Position numbers and translations under genes: made by a program. DNA of 64,000 nucleotides from Rubrobacteraceae bacterium (GTDB lineage Bacteria > Actinomycetota > Rubrobacteria > Rubrobacterales > Rubrobacteraceae): contig JBGTJJ010000040.1 in the NCBI GenBank assembly GCA_041745215.1, forward strand, positions 15,309 to 79,308, given 5' to 3'. Below the pieces are notes generated by a model. That model had not been told where the DNA came from. It worked only from the letters and a program-made list of their open reading frames with translations, and ran no database searches. Positions 44,192-54,324 of the stretch are shown in pieces; position 1 is the first letter of the stretch; every line of letters begins with the position of its first letter.

Positions 44192-45229
44192 TTGTTCTTG
44201 GCGGGTACGTTTGAGTCCAATGGCTTTGCTCCCGATGGTGACGCCATCGTGGCAGAGGGTATGGAGCGAGTTTTCGGGGAGAACCGGGCGGTGGACGGGG
44301 TAGATATCTCGGTTCGGGAAGGTGAGATCTACGGTTTCCTGGGTCCCAACGGCGCGGGCAAATCGACACTGGTAAGGATGCTCTGTACGTTGCTGGCCCC
44401 CACCGGCGGCCAGGCCACCGTGGCGGGTAAAGACGTGATCCGGGAGCCGGAAGCAGTACGGTTGCGGATCGGGGTGGCGCTACAGGACGCCGCCCTGGAC
44501 GAGAAACAGACCGGCGTGGAGATGCTCCGCTTGCAAGGCCGCTTCTACGGACTCTCCCGGCGCGACATCGACCGCCGTCTGGCCGACCTGAGCGAGCTGG
44601 TGGACATCGGACCGGCGCTAAATGACCGGGTCGCGACTTATTCCGGCGGGATGAAGCGCAGGTTGGATCTGGCTCTCGCGCTGGTACATAATCCGAAGGT
44701 ACTATTTCTCGACGAGCCTACTACGGGCCTGGATCCAGTGAGCCGGGCCAAGGTGTGGGAAGAGGTGCGCCGGCTCAACCGGGATCTCGGCATGACCGTC
44801 TTCCTGACCACCCAGTACCTCGAAGAAGCCGACGAGTTGGCCGAGAGGGTCGGGATCATTCATCACGGGAAGATCGTGGCCGAAGGCACGCCGGAGAAAC
44901 TAAAACGGTCCATCGGCACGGACCTGATCGTGGCGAACGTAGAAGGCGACGTGGAGGCGGCGCGCCATGCTCTGGAATCAATCTCCCAGGTCGAGCGGGT
45001 CGACGTGAACGGCGCCGAGATCACCGCATCGGTAGAAGACGGACCTACCGCGGTCAGTCCGGTCGCCCTCGCGCTAAACGGCGTCGGAGACAGATTACAG
45101 GTCCGTGACCTATCGTTACGTACTCCGACTCTCGATGACGTTTTCCTATTCGCCACCGGGGAGCGAATCGCTGCCCATGCCGAAGATCCCGAGCCCGCCT
45201 ACGCGGAGGCTATGGAGGAGACCAAATGA
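44192..45229 (+). CDS. ABC transporter ATP-binding protein (DrrA-like)
   Basis: Walker A GPNGAGKST, signature YSGGMKRRL and Walker B VLFLDEPT. Confidence 0.9.
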   Translation: MFLAGTFESNGFAPDGDAIVAEGMERVFGENRAVDGVDISVREGEIYGFLGPNGAGKSTLVRMLCTLLAPTGGQATVAGKDVIREPEAVRLRIGVALQDAALDEKQTGVEMLRLQGRFYGLSRRDIDRRLADLSELVDIGPALNDRVATYSGGMKRRLDLALALVHNPKVLFLDEPTTGLDPVSRAKVWEEVRRLNRDLGMTVFLTTQYLEEADELAERVGIIHHGKIVAEGTPEKLKRSIGTDLIVANVEGDVEAARHALESISQVERVDVNGAEITASVEDGPTAVSPVALALNGVGDRLQVRDLSLRTPTLDDVFLFATGERIAAHAEDPEPAYAEAMEETK

Positions 45230-46059
45230 CAGACATTTCGACCGCCGATATCGGCAACGGCGCGCCCGGAACCCGCTCCGCCGACATAACCGCGTCACAT
45301 GCAGGATTTCTGAAAGACTTGATCTCCGTTGCCACGCGGGCGCTGCGCCAGATCCCACGCGAACCCGAGGCGATAATACCGGCCCTCATCATCCCGGTCT
45401 TCTTCTTTGTGGTGAACGTCGGGGCGCTGGGAGACATCGCCGACCGAACCGGCGTCGGCGACTTCAAGGCGTTCCAGTTGCCGGTGGCGATCATCTTCGC
45501 CGTTACAGGGGTCTCGCGGGCCAGCGCGCTCGTTACCGACATCACCGGCGGCTACTTCGACAGGTTACTGCTCACTCCGATCAACCGCCTCGCCCTGTTG
45601 CTCGGGCTAATGATCGCCGACTTCGCCCTGGTAGTCGCCCTCTCGATACCCGTCCTGATCCTGGGCTTTATCGTTGGCGTCGGATTTACTACCGGATTGC
45701 CCGGCCTGCTCTTGTTCCTCCTCCTCGCCGGCGCCTGGGGTCTCGCCTTCACCGGCTTCCCCTACGCCATCGCACTAAAAACCGGCAACCCGGCGGCGGT
45801 CAACTCTAGCTTCATCTTGTTCTTCCCGTTCGCCTTCCTGACGACCACGTTCCTACCACAAGAAGCGCTGACCGGCTGGCTCTCGACCATTGCGGACTAC
45901 AATCCTGTCACCTACCTGCTCGAAGCCCTACGCTCGCTCATCAGCGAAGGTTGGTCGGCAGGCCCGCTGCTAAGAGGCGTTGCAGCGATCGGCATAGTTG
46001 CGACGGTCAGCTTTACCCTGGCGATGGCGGCCCTGAAAGGCCGCGTTTCGAGGGGCTAA
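45226..46059 (+). CDS. ABC-2 type transporter permease
   Basis: ATGA overlap with the ATPase gene. 277 aa with about 6 TM helices. Confidence 0.85.
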   Translation: MTDISTADIGNGAPGTRSADITASHAGFLKDLISVATRALRQIPREPEAIIPALIIPVFFFVVNVGALGDIADRTGVGDFKAFQLPVAIIFAVTGVSRASALVTDITGGYFDRLLLTPINRLALLLGLMIADFALVVALSIPVLILGFIVGVGFTTGLPGLLLFLLLAGAWGLAFTGFPYAIALKTGNPAAVNSSFILFFPFAFLTTTFLPQEALTGWLSTIADYNPVTYLLEALRSLISEGWSAGPLLRGVAAIGIVATVSFTLAMAALKGRVSRG

Positions 46060-46069
46060 TCGGAAGCGG

Positions 46070-47266
46070 TCAGCGGAAGGCGGGCGTGCCGGTAAGGGCG
46101 TTGCCCAGGATGAGCGTGTGGATCTCGCTGGTTCCCTCGTAGGTCAGCACACTCTCCAGGTTGCTCATGTGCCGCATGATCGGGTATTCGAGCGTTACCC
46201 CGTTGCCGCCAAGGATGGTGCGGGCCTCTCGCGCTATTGCAAGAGCTTCCCGCACGTTGTTGAGCTTCCCGAAGGAAATGTGTTCGGGGCGCACATTTCC
46301 CTCGTCTTTCAACCGTCCGATGCGCCACGCCACCAGCAAGCCCTTTTCTATCTCCAGCATCATGTCCACCAGCTTCTGCTGGGTTAGCTGGAAGGAGGAG
46401 ACGGCCTTGCCGAACTGCTCACGGTTCTTCGAGTATTCGAGCGCAGTTTCGTAGCAGTCACGCGCCGCACCCATGACGCCCCAGATGATCCCGTAGCGGG
46501 CTTCACCCAGGCAGGAGAACGGTCCTTTTAGGCCCGTGACCTCCGGCAGCACGGCGTCTTCCGGCAGGCGCAGGTCCTCGAAGTAGAGTTCACTCTGGAT
46601 CGAAGCCCGCAGAGATAGCTTGTGCTCTATGTCGACAGCCTTGTAGCCAGGCGTGTCCGTGGGAACGAGAAAGCCTCTCATACCCTCGTCGGTCTGCGCC
46701 CAGACGACCACAACATCCGCTATTGAACCCATCCCGATCCAACGCTTCGAACCGTTCAGAACCCAATCCGTCCCGTCTTTGCGGGCGTTGGTCTTCATGG
46801 ATGCCGGGTCCGAACCCGCGCTGGGTTCCGTGAGGCCGAAAGCCGCTATCGCCTCGCCGCTCGCCAGCCTCGGCAGCCACTCTTCTTTTTGCCCCTCGGA
46901 CCCAAACTTGTGGATGGCGCTCATCGCCAGAGAGCCCTGAACGCTGACGAAGGTCCTCAGAGAGGTGTCCCCCGCTTCGAGTTCCATGCAGGCCAGGCCG
47001 TACTCCGTCGCGCTCTTGCCGGCGCAGCCGTAGCCTTCGAGGTGCATGCCAAGAAGGCCCTTCTTTCCCATCTCCGGGACGATATCGCGCGGGAAATACG
47101 CCCTCTCGTACCAGTCTTTTATGTTTGGTGAGATCCTCTCCTGTACAAAAGAGCGAACGTCATCGCGTACGGCGAGTTCCTCTTCGGAGAGAAGCCGATC
47201 CAGGGCGAGGACGTCGGTCGGCTCGGGGTGTTTGAGGGCTGCGGACTTTCTCTGCTTGGTATCCAT
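46070..47266 (-). CDS. acyl-CoA dehydrogenase (glutaryl-CoA dehydrogenase-like)
   Basis: 398 aa; patterns GLTEPSAGSD and YEGTSEIHTLILG. Confidence 0.9.
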   Translation of the reverse strand: MDTKQRKSAALKHPEPTDVLALDRLLSEEELAVRDDVRSFVQERISPNIKDWYERAYFPRDIVPEMGKKGLLGMHLEGYGCAGKSATEYGLACMELEAGDTSLRTFVSVQGSLAMSAIHKFGSEGQKEEWLPRLASGEAIAAFGLTEPSAGSDPASMKTNARKDGTDWVLNGSKRWIGMGSIADVVVVWAQTDEGMRGFLVPTDTPGYKAVDIEHKLSLRASIQSELYFEDLRLPEDAVLPEVTGLKGPFSCLGEARYGIIWGVMGAARDCYETALEYSKNREQFGKAVSSFQLTQQKLVDMMLEIEKGLLVAWRIGRLKDEGNVRPEHISFGKLNNVREALAIAREARTILGGNGVTLEYPIMRHMSNLESVLTYEGTSEIHTLILGNALTGTPAFR

Positions 47267-47382
47267 AATTCAAGTCTACAACAGCCGCAATTCCGGCGCG
47301 CCGCACGAAAATCGTTCACGAGCATCGGGCGGGTTATAATGAGTTCTGGCGCGGTTACAAGCGACTCGAAGGATGATCTCAC

Positions 47383-48015
47383 ATGAAATGGCTCACGGTT
47401 TACGGTCTTCCAAGGCTCCCTCTCTTTCTGGCCCGATGGGCAATGAAGCTGGGATTGCCGGGGCCGACCTGGTACAAGTGGAAGGCGGCATCGGCGGGGA
47501 ACGGCGTGATCCTGGACGAGATGATCCGGGCCGCCGATGACCTCGGCTACAACGGCCAGAAGGTCGGACAACTCGCCATGAGCCGCATCGGCGAGAAGCA
47601 GGGACACGACCTCGGCGAACAGCTCGGCGTCAAGACCATGAAAGACGCCGTAGACGTTGTCATGCTCGCCAACCGCTTCTTCGACATCGAGATCACCCTG
47701 ACCGAGACCAAGGACGGCGAGTACGTCATAAACGCCGACCGCTGCCCCTGGTTCGGCGGGATGGGCCACGATGGAGTCCCCGGCTGGGACGTAAAGCCCT
47801 GCGCCGCCTTCTCCACCTACGAAAAAGCCATGGTCAGCGCCATAAACCCGAATGTAAAACTTTCGTACACCGAGAAACGCACCACCGGCGGCCACACCTG
47901 CCGCGGCGTCTACCAGTACAAAGACAAAGAGCTCGGCGACAACGTAGAGCCACAGACCGAGTTCGTAGGCCTCGGCAAGAAGCCGAAGGAAAAAGCTGAG
48001 TCGAAGGCGCAATAG
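47383..48015 (+). CDS. hypothetical protein (possibly L-2-amino-thiazoline-4-carboxylate hydrolase-like)
   Basis: 210 aa with a spaced Cys pattern (RCPWFGG, KPCAAF, GGHTCRG). Stops 2 nt before the next gene. The family call is weak. Confidence 0.4.
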   Translation: MKWLTVYGLPRLPLFLARWAMKLGLPGPTWYKWKAASAGNGVILDEMIRAADDLGYNGQKVGQLAMSRIGEKQGHDLGEQLGVKTMKDAVDVVMLANRFFDIEITLTETKDGEYVINADRCPWFGGMGHDGVPGWDVKPCAAFSTYEKAMVSAINPNVKLSYTEKRTTGGHTCRGVYQYKDKELGDNVEPQTEFVGLGKKPKEKAESKAQ

Positions 48016-48017
48016 CT

Positions 48018-48617
48018 TTGGAACGCATCGAGATAGATACCGCCCGAGGAAAAGAGCGAGTTCCTCCGGGTCAGTATTTGGTCGGTGACCGTTGGCCGAT
48101 ACTCACCTACGGTCCTACGCCGGAGTTCGATCCGGAGAACTGGGATTTTACGATCTCGGGGCTCGTGGAGAATCCTTTGAGCTTCACCTGGGAGGAGTGG
48201 AACGAGCTTCCCACGGTCGAGGTCAAGGCGGACATGCACTGCGTCACTTCGTGGAGCAAGCTGGAGAACGTGTGGTGTGGAGTTAAGGCCAAGAACCTGC
48301 TGGAGATGGCGAGCCCAAAACCGGAGGCCGAGTTCTTCTCCGCCTTTTGCGACGGCGGGTACACGACGAACGTGCCGGTCGAGGAGCTATACGAGGAAGA
48401 CGCGGTGTTCGCGACGCATCATAACGGGGAGCCTTTGGAGCAGGGGCACGGCGCCCCGATGCGGTTGGTGGTACCACGCCTCTACGCCTGGAAGAGCGCC
48501 AAGTGGATCCGGGGCATAGAGTTACTAGCCGAGGATAGACCGGGTTTCTGGGAGAACAACGGTTACCATAACTATGGAGATCCCTGGCAGGAACAACGCT
48601 ACAGCTTTAGTTTTTAG
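48018..48617 (+). CDS. sulfite-oxidase-like molybdopterin-binding oxidoreductase
   Basis: Pattern PENWDFTISGLVENPLSFTWEE...DMHCVTSWS...NGEPLEQGHGAPMRLVVP. TTG start. Confidence 0.8.
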   Translation: MERIEIDTARGKERVPPGQYLVGDRWPILTYGPTPEFDPENWDFTISGLVENPLSFTWEEWNELPTVEVKADMHCVTSWSKLENVWCGVKAKNLLEMASPKPEAEFFSAFCDGGYTTNVPVEELYEEDAVFATHHNGEPLEQGHGAPMRLVVPRLYAWKSAKWIRGIELLAEDRPGFWENNGYHNYGDPWQEQRYSFSF

Positions 48618-49545
48618 GGTTTATCGAATATCCGTAGCGCTGGAGCAGCGGTAGCGTTAGCCCTGTGACCAGGTTGCGGTCTTTGGAAGTCATCTTGTCG
48701 ACCCACTCGCGGTCATGTCGGAGGGCGACGCTGCCGGTCTCGAAGCGGTTTGGGTTGCCGGAGACGGTGTGGCTGACGCCGAGCTTTACTTCTTGATCTC
48801 CGGTTAGCGGAAGCTCCGCATCTTCTTCGCCGAGGAGATCCAGAATCCGGGCGAAGCTCTGCCGGGGATTCGCCACGAAGTCCTCGTAACGGAGCCTCAG
48901 ATACTTGTCCTCGCGCCAGAGGGCTTCGGCGGCGGCGTTCCAGGCATCCCAGAGCGCGGCGCTCTTTGTGGGGCTGAAGCGGTGCATGAACTCCAGATCT
49001 TCACTGTCGGGTTGGGGCTTCTTTTTCAGCCAGGAGTAGGCGGCTGCGCGGGGGTCCCGGACGAGGTGCAAGACCCGCAGGTCGATGTCGGGGACCAGCC
49101 CGAGGGCGTAACCGTAGGCTGGCTCCTTGGAGGAGTCCACTATTACGCGACTTTGCGTAACGGTGCGAAGGGCACTGTATAAACAGCCCGTATTTTGGAG
49201 CCAGCCGTCGAGGCGGTTGGCGATGGCTTTGGAGCCTTTCACCGTGAGCATCATGGGGATATGGCGGGTGCGGGCCGCAGAATGTTGAAGCCCGATCATG
49301 CGCCGGGCGTCCACTCCTTCGGGGCCGCCGAAAGCCTTTTCCACGACTTCCGTCCACACCGGGCACTCGTAGAATGGCCGCCCGCAGCCGCAGAGGCGGT
49401 TCTCGATGAAGTTGTGCTTCCACATGTAGCAGACCTCGCCGACCGAGGAGAAGCCGTCGATCTGGCCGAGGCTGTTGGAGAGTATTGTGCTGCCGCTACG
49501 TCCTAGCCCGACGATGTAGAGGACTTTCGTAGGTCCGTTCTCCAA
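48607..49545 (-). CDS. sulfotransferase family protein
   Basis: 5'-PSB-like loop GLGRSGSTILS and 3'-PB-like LVRDPRAAAYS. Confidence 0.75.
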   Translation of the reverse strand: MENGPTKVLYIVGLGRSGSTILSNSLGQIDGFSSVGEVCYMWKHNFIENRLCGCGRPFYECPVWTEVVEKAFGGPEGVDARRMIGLQHSAARTRHIPMMLTVKGSKAIANRLDGWLQNTGCLYSALRTVTQSRVIVDSSKEPAYGYALGLVPDIDLRVLHLVRDPRAAAYSWLKKKPQPDSEDLEFMHRFSPTKSAALWDAWNAAAEALWREDKYLRLRYEDFVANPRQSFARILDLLGEEDAELPLTGDQEVKLGVSHTVSGNPNRFETGSVALRHDREWVDKMTSKDRNLVTGLTLPLLQRYGYSINPKN

Positions 49546-49548
49546 AGC

Positions 49549-51171
49549 TCAGCCCCTTCCCCGACGGAGCTGACGTTGGGCCACGTCCCAGAAGGCCTGT
49601 AGGAACTCTTTATCGGTGTCGTTCAGGCCGAAGAGGAGGAGCAGCGCCAGGTAGAGGACGCCGAAGACGCCGCCCACGACCGCGAGAGCCAGTATCGCCG
49701 GTAGGGATAGTACGAGCGACAAACCGTAAGCGGCGGCGGCGGCGATAAGGCCGGCGGCGAGGGGTTTGATCCAGGCCAGGTTGTAAGGCCAGAAACCCAG
49801 CCGGCGCCGCACGGCGAGCAGGGTGGCGGTGTTCTCGGTGACGATACCGGAGGCCATACCGATGGCGGCGCCCAGTATCTTCTGCTCGATCGTCGGTGCG
49901 CCCCAGACCAGGGTTATGCTCACGGCGAGGCCGGTGAGCGCGGCCACACCGGTGGCGACCATTACCACGTTCTGGTTGTCGGTCATGGCGAGCATCCGAG
50001 GCGTAGGGCCGACGGAGGAACTGAATAGCTGGGCAAAGGCAACCACGACGAGCGCGAGCGCACCCGTCGCCGCCCGTTCCCCGAAACCCAGGGCCAGCAC
50101 GTCCTCGGCGAGCAGCAGGATCGCCAGGAAGATGCCGAAGGCGCCGGTGAAGATCCAACGCGAGATGTCTTTGTAGAGGACGCCCAGCCGCTCCCGGTCG
50201 CCCTGGGCGTGAAGGCTGGAGATGATCGGGGAGAAGATGCCGCTGAAAGCGAAGCGCACGATGGTCGAGAGCGTCGCGGTTCGGGCTGCGGCCTGAAAGA
50301 TCCCCACCGGCGCCCCGGCCGCGAAGAAGCCCAGCACCCAGATCGCCGACCACGTGTTGAGGTACTGCGCGCCGGTCGTAATGCTCATGGGGATGGAGAC
50401 GGAGAAGAGCGCCTTCGTCTCGTACTTAGGCTCCACCTTTCGGTCCAGAATCGGCGGAAAGAGCCTGTGCAGGTAGTAGACGGCGATCCCGGCTCCCAGC
50501 AGCATAGAGATCCCGTAGGCCGCGATAGCCCCCACCAACCCGGCTCCTACGACGTAGAAGATCGGCAGGAGTACGAGGTAGATAGCGGGCCGCATCATCT
50601 GCTGCACGTAAGCGGCGTAAGTGACCGTTTGGAAACCCTGGGTCGCCCACAGGACCATCATCATGAACGTAAAGAACGGAAGCGTAACAGCGAAGGCGCG
50701 CAGTACGTTCGCCATTACCGGCGCTTTGTAGTACCAGTCGGCCATAAAGCCCGCGCCGAAGAACATGACCAACGAGAGGACGATGCTCACGACGAAAGAG
50801 ACCAGGAGCGCCTGGATGATCGTGCCTCGCACCCGCGAAGTGTCGTCTTGGGTACGGTAGTGGGCTACGTAGCGCACCACGCCGTTCTCCATCCCGAAGC
50901 GAGAGAGTATGTGAGCCAGGTTCACCGCCGCCTCGCCCAGAGAGTAAAACCCAAACGCCGCGACCCCGAAGAACTGGGAGATCGCAGCCTTGGTCAGGAA
51001 ACCGAGCACCCGCCCGACTCCCTGACCCACGGTACTGATACCGGCCCCCCGCGCCACCTTGGCAACGTAAGAGTCTCCTCCAGCAGAAGACTCTTCGGGA
51101 ACTTCGCCCGTGGGAACATCCTCCGGGGAGGCTCCGGGGCCGTTGGATCCTGGTGTTCGTTCTGGAGTCAC
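49549..51171 (-). CDS. MOP-superfamily oligosaccharide flippase (Wzx-like)
   Basis: 540 aa, polytopic with about 14 TM helices. Clear paralog of the 61422..62975 product. Confidence 0.8.
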   Translation of the reverse strand: MTPERTPGSNGPGASPEDVPTGEVPEESSAGGDSYVAKVARGAGISTVGQGVGRVLGFLTKAAISQFFGVAAFGFYSLGEAAVNLAHILSRFGMENGVVRYVAHYRTQDDTSRVRGTIIQALLVSFVVSIVLSLVMFFGAGFMADWYYKAPVMANVLRAFAVTLPFFTFMMMVLWATQGFQTVTYAAYVQQMMRPAIYLVLLPIFYVVGAGLVGAIAAYGISMLLGAGIAVYYLHRLFPPILDRKVEPKYETKALFSVSIPMSITTGAQYLNTWSAIWVLGFFAAGAPVGIFQAAARTATLSTIVRFAFSGIFSPIISSLHAQGDRERLGVLYKDISRWIFTGAFGIFLAILLLAEDVLALGFGERAATGALALVVVAFAQLFSSSVGPTPRMLAMTDNQNVVMVATGVAALTGLAVSITLVWGAPTIEQKILGAAIGMASGIVTENTATLLAVRRRLGFWPYNLAWIKPLAAGLIAAAAAYGLSLVLSLPAILALAVVGGVFGVLYLALLLLFGLNDTDKEFLQAFWDVAQRQLRRGRG

Positions 51172-51201
51172 GGCGTCAGATTATAGAGGTACATTGGCAG
51201 T

Positions 51202-51807
51202 TTAGCTCACCCGCGGCTTTCGCCGGGTCTTCCACGACGCCACAATCGCCTCGACTAACAGGCTAAAGCCGAGCCAGACCCATCCAACGCCGAACAGTAT
51301 CCAGAGCGTAGCCCCTAACGTACCCAGATCCCCGGTTACGGAGACCAGCCCACCGACCGAGAGGACAGTAAACGGCGCGACGCCCCATACGGGCAGCGTC
51401 CGGGCGCGCAGGGCGGCGGCGCCGAACACTATGGAGCCCAAAGCGAACAGTAGAAAACCTATCCGCATGGCCCGGTAAGCCGGCGCGGTCGTCAAGTAAG
51501 TGTCGTCCACGGCGAGCCAGAATTTGCCCACGTCGCCCGCCACGATCAGGAGGAGCCCCAGGAGCGCCAGCGCAAAACCTACCCTACCGGGCCATCCCGC
51601 GCGCCCGGTCTGCCAGAGTTGCAGCCCGATCAGGCCGAGCATCAACAACAGTGGCGCCGACGGGAAGAGTTTCCAGAAGACAACCGGGGCCGAGAAGCGA
51701 TACTCGGCGAGTGAGATCCCCAGCGGGGTGAGCGCCCACAATACGCCGCCCGGCACGCACAACAACACACTCCACCTGACCAGCCCCGAGAGCGACTTTA
51801 GAAACAA
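51202..51807 (-). CDS. hypothetical integral membrane protein
   Basis: The track ORF 51202..52239 overlaps the sulfatase-like gene out of frame. I trimmed it to the TTG at 51807, preceded by GGAGGG. About 6 TM helices. Confidence 0.5.
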   Translation of the reverse strand: MFLKSLSGLVRWSVLLCVPGGVLWALTPLGISLAEYRFSAPVVFWKLFPSAPLLLMLGLIGLQLWQTGRAGWPGRVGFALALLGLLLIVAGDVGKFWLAVDDTYLTTAPAYRAMRIGFLLFALGSIVFGAAALRARTLPVWGVAPFTVLSVGGLVSVTGDLGTLGATLWILFGVGWVWLGFSLLVEAIVASWKTRRKPRVS

Positions 51808-51818
51808 CGCTTGCCCTC

Positions 51819-53306
51819 CTAATACTTGGGCAGGAGTCCGCCAGCGTCCGCCAGCACGTACTCCTCGAACATCCGCTTTACGAGGCCGGGCTTCTGTCCG
51901 GCTATGTCGTTTTGCATGTCCGGGTCGTTCTCCAGGTCGTAGAGCTTCGCCTCCGTGCCGTCGTTGCGGCTGAACATGACGTAGCGGTCGTCGCGTGTCC
52001 AGGCGTAGTCGTTGTAGCCCAGTGTGAAGTGCGGCCGGGGCTCGGGATTTCCGCCGTCGAGGAACACGGAGAGGTCCTGGCCATCCATCGGCTGCTTCGG
52101 CTCGACGTTCAGTTGGCTCAGCACCGTGGGCGCGACGTCGTGGGTAGAGGCGTAGTAGTCGCTCGTCTCGCCGGCGCCTTTTCCGCCCGGATGCCGGATA
52201 AAGAACGGCACATCCGTAAGCTCGGGCCATAGCCCCCAATCCACTTTGCCGGTGGCGGTGTGCTCCGCCAGGGCTATCCCGTGGTCGGAGAGGACCATGA
52301 GCAGGGTGCTGTCCATGAGGCCCAAGTCTTCCACCCGGTTCAGGAAGTTGCCCAGCCAGTGGTCGACCATCGTGACCTCGGCGGCGTAGAGGACGCGCAT
52401 GCGTTCGAGTTGGCGGCCTTCGATCCAGCCGTCGCTACTATAGTTCGGCACGACAGGCTCGCCTCCCCGATAACCCTCGTCGTAGAGGTCCACGTACTTC
52501 TTCGGGGGGTCCCAGGGCTCATGCGGATCGAAGCTGTCCACCACCAGGAAGAACGGCTGGGCCTCGCGCGCGACCTCCAGGTAGTCCGCCGCCCGGAGGA
52601 AGACCTTCGGCGCGAAGTAGTCCTCCTCGGAACGGCGGTTTGCCGTGTTGGCGAGGTACTGGCGGACCTTGGAGCGCATGCTGTCGTCGTTGCCGCTGAC
52701 GGTGTAGCGGTCTACCTGATCCTCTGAGACGCGCAGCGGCGAGCGGTAGCGATCCCGCTCTTGGCCGCGGATGTAGTCGAAGATGTCGAAGCCGCGCTGG
52801 AAGTTCATCGAAGCTTTGAACATATGCTGGGTGTCGGTGATCAGGGCCGTGTTGTAGCCTTCGGGCTTCAGGGTCTCGGAGAGGGTAACCTGGTCCTCGG
52901 GGATACGCTGCCACCCGGCGGGAAAGAAAGTCTCCCCCTTCTGGGGGATCCAGTTGCGGAAAGGCCAGGTCCGCTTACCCGTGTGAATGGCCCGTCGGGC
53001 CGGGATGGTCGGGATGGAGTCCGGGTAGGCGCGGGTGAAGCGCAGGCTCTCTTTGGATAGAGCGTCGAGGGTGGGGGTCTGTATCCAGTCGTTCCCGTAC
53101 GCCCCGACGTGGTCCTTACGAAGGCTATCCAGTATTACAAGTATGACGTTCATCCTCGACCCCCCACTCGGAAGATAGGTACTACAGCCTGACCCGAGGG
53201 CCGACGTACCGAGCAGGGACACCCCCGCCGCGCCGGCCCCGGCGACCTTCAAGAAATCCCTGCGCGTTACACCTTGCTTCAAACGAAAACTACTCCTAAA
53301 AAACAC
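51819..53306 (-). CDS. sulfatase-fold (alkaline-phosphatase superfamily) protein with Tat-type signal; Thr at the nucleophile position
   Basis: RRDFLKVAGAGAAG twin-arginine signal, metal site VILDSLRKDH, and IPTIPARRAIHTG where sulfatases carry C/S-x-P-x-R. Confidence 0.8.
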   Translation of the reverse strand: MFFRSSFRLKQGVTRRDFLKVAGAGAAGVSLLGTSALGSGCSTYLPSGGSRMNVILVILDSLRKDHVGAYGNDWIQTPTLDALSKESLRFTRAYPDSIPTIPARRAIHTGKRTWPFRNWIPQKGETFFPAGWQRIPEDQVTLSETLKPEGYNTALITDTQHMFKASMNFQRGFDIFDYIRGQERDRYRSPLRVSEDQVDRYTVSGNDDSMRSKVRQYLANTANRRSEEDYFAPKVFLRAADYLEVAREAQPFFLVVDSFDPHEPWDPPKKYVDLYDEGYRGGEPVVPNYSSDGWIEGRQLERMRVLYAAEVTMVDHWLGNFLNRVEDLGLMDSTLLMVLSDHGIALAEHTATGKVDWGLWPELTDVPFFIRHPGGKGAGETSDYYASTHDVAPTVLSQLNVEPKQPMDGQDLSVFLDGGNPEPRPHFTLGYNDYAWTRDDRYVMFSRNDGTEAKLYDLENDPDMQNDIAGQKPGLVKRMFEEYVLADAGGLLPKY

Positions 53307-53355
53307 TTACTCACGCCGCGACATATTCTAAAGGATAACGCCCATATGCAACCGG

Positions 53356-54324
53356 CTACCGGCCGGCGGAGGAAGAATCCGTGCTACCGGAACGGGCGGC
53401 AAACCATCTGAGAGTAGCTTCGAGACCTTCCCTAGCAGAGACCCGAGGCTCCCATCCCAGGACTTCGCGGGCACGGGTTATGTCCGGGCAGCGCTGTTTG
53501 GGGTCGTCGGCGGGAAGCGGCTCGCAGACGAGCGGGCTCCCGCTGCCGGATATCTCAAGGATCAACTCCGCCACCTCGCGCACGGTGTACTCGACCGGGT
53601 TGCCGATGTTCACGGGCCGGGTCTCCGTACTTCGCATGAGCCTGAATATGCCTTCTATCAGGTCGTTTACGTATTGCACGCTCCGCGTCTGGCTCCCGTC
53701 ACCGTAGATTGTCAGAGGTTCATCGGCAAGGACCTGGGAGATGAAGTTGGGGATCATGCGCCCGTCGTTGGGGCGCATCCTCGGCCCGAAGGTGTTGAAG
53801 ATGCGTACTATCCGGGTGTCCACGCCGTGGTGGCGATGGTAGGCCATCGTGATGGCTTCGGCGTAGCGCTTGGCCTCGTCGTAGACTCCCCGTACACCGA
53901 TCGGGTTTACGTTGCCCCAGTACTCCTCCGGCTGGGGATGGACCATCGGGTCACCGTAGACCTCGGAGGTGGAGGCGAGCATCAGGCGCGCGCCCTTCGC
54001 CTTTGCCAGACCCAGCGAGTTGTAGGTTCCTAGGGCACCGACCTTGAGTATTGGGATCGGGATGCGCTCGAAGTCCGCCGGACTAGCGGGAGAGGCGAAG
54101 TGATACACCTCGTCCAGATTTCCCGGAACGTCGATGTAGGTGGTAACGTCGTGGTCCACGTAGTCGAAGTTCGGGTCGTCCCGCAAGTGCTCTATGTTCT
54201 CCAGGGATCCGGTACGCAGGTTGTCCATGCAGATCACGCGTAGCCCCTCGGAGAGCAACCGCTCGCAGAGATGGCTGCCGAGGAACCCGGCTCCCCCGGT
54301 GACGAGAGCCCGGCGCTCAGGCAC
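53356..54324 (-). CDS. UDP-glucuronate decarboxylase (UDP-xylose synthase, SDR)
   Basis: [12 protein letters not shown] and the YDEAKR catalytic motif. Start set to the GTG at 54324, overlapping the ugd stop by 8 nt. Confidence 0.85.
   Translation of the reverse strand: MPERRALVTGGAGFLGSHLCERLLSEGLRVICMDNLRTGSLENIEHLRDDPNFDYVDHDVTTYIDVPGNLDEVYHFASPASPADFERIPIPILKVGALGTYNSLGLAKAKGARLMLASTSEVYGDPMVHPQPEEYWGNVNPIGVRGVYDEAKRYAEAITMAYHRHHGVDTRIVRIFNTFGPRMRPNDGRMIPNFISQVLADEPLTIYGDGSQTRSVQYVNDLIEGIFRLMRSTETRPVNIGNPVEYTVREVAELILEISGSGSPLVCEPLPADDPKQRCPDITRAREVLGWEPRVSAREGLEATLRWFAARSGSTDSSSAGR

Noticed and set aside
47119-48012. 297-aa minus-strand ORF
   Set aside because: It is antisense to the 47383..48015 ORF and overlaps the acyl-CoA dehydrogenase start. 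Repetitive Ala/Gly/Val content is typical of an antisense frame.
50209-51186. 325-aa plus-strand ORF
   Set aside because: It is antisense to the flippase gene and has a highly charged Arg/Asp/Glu/His composition.
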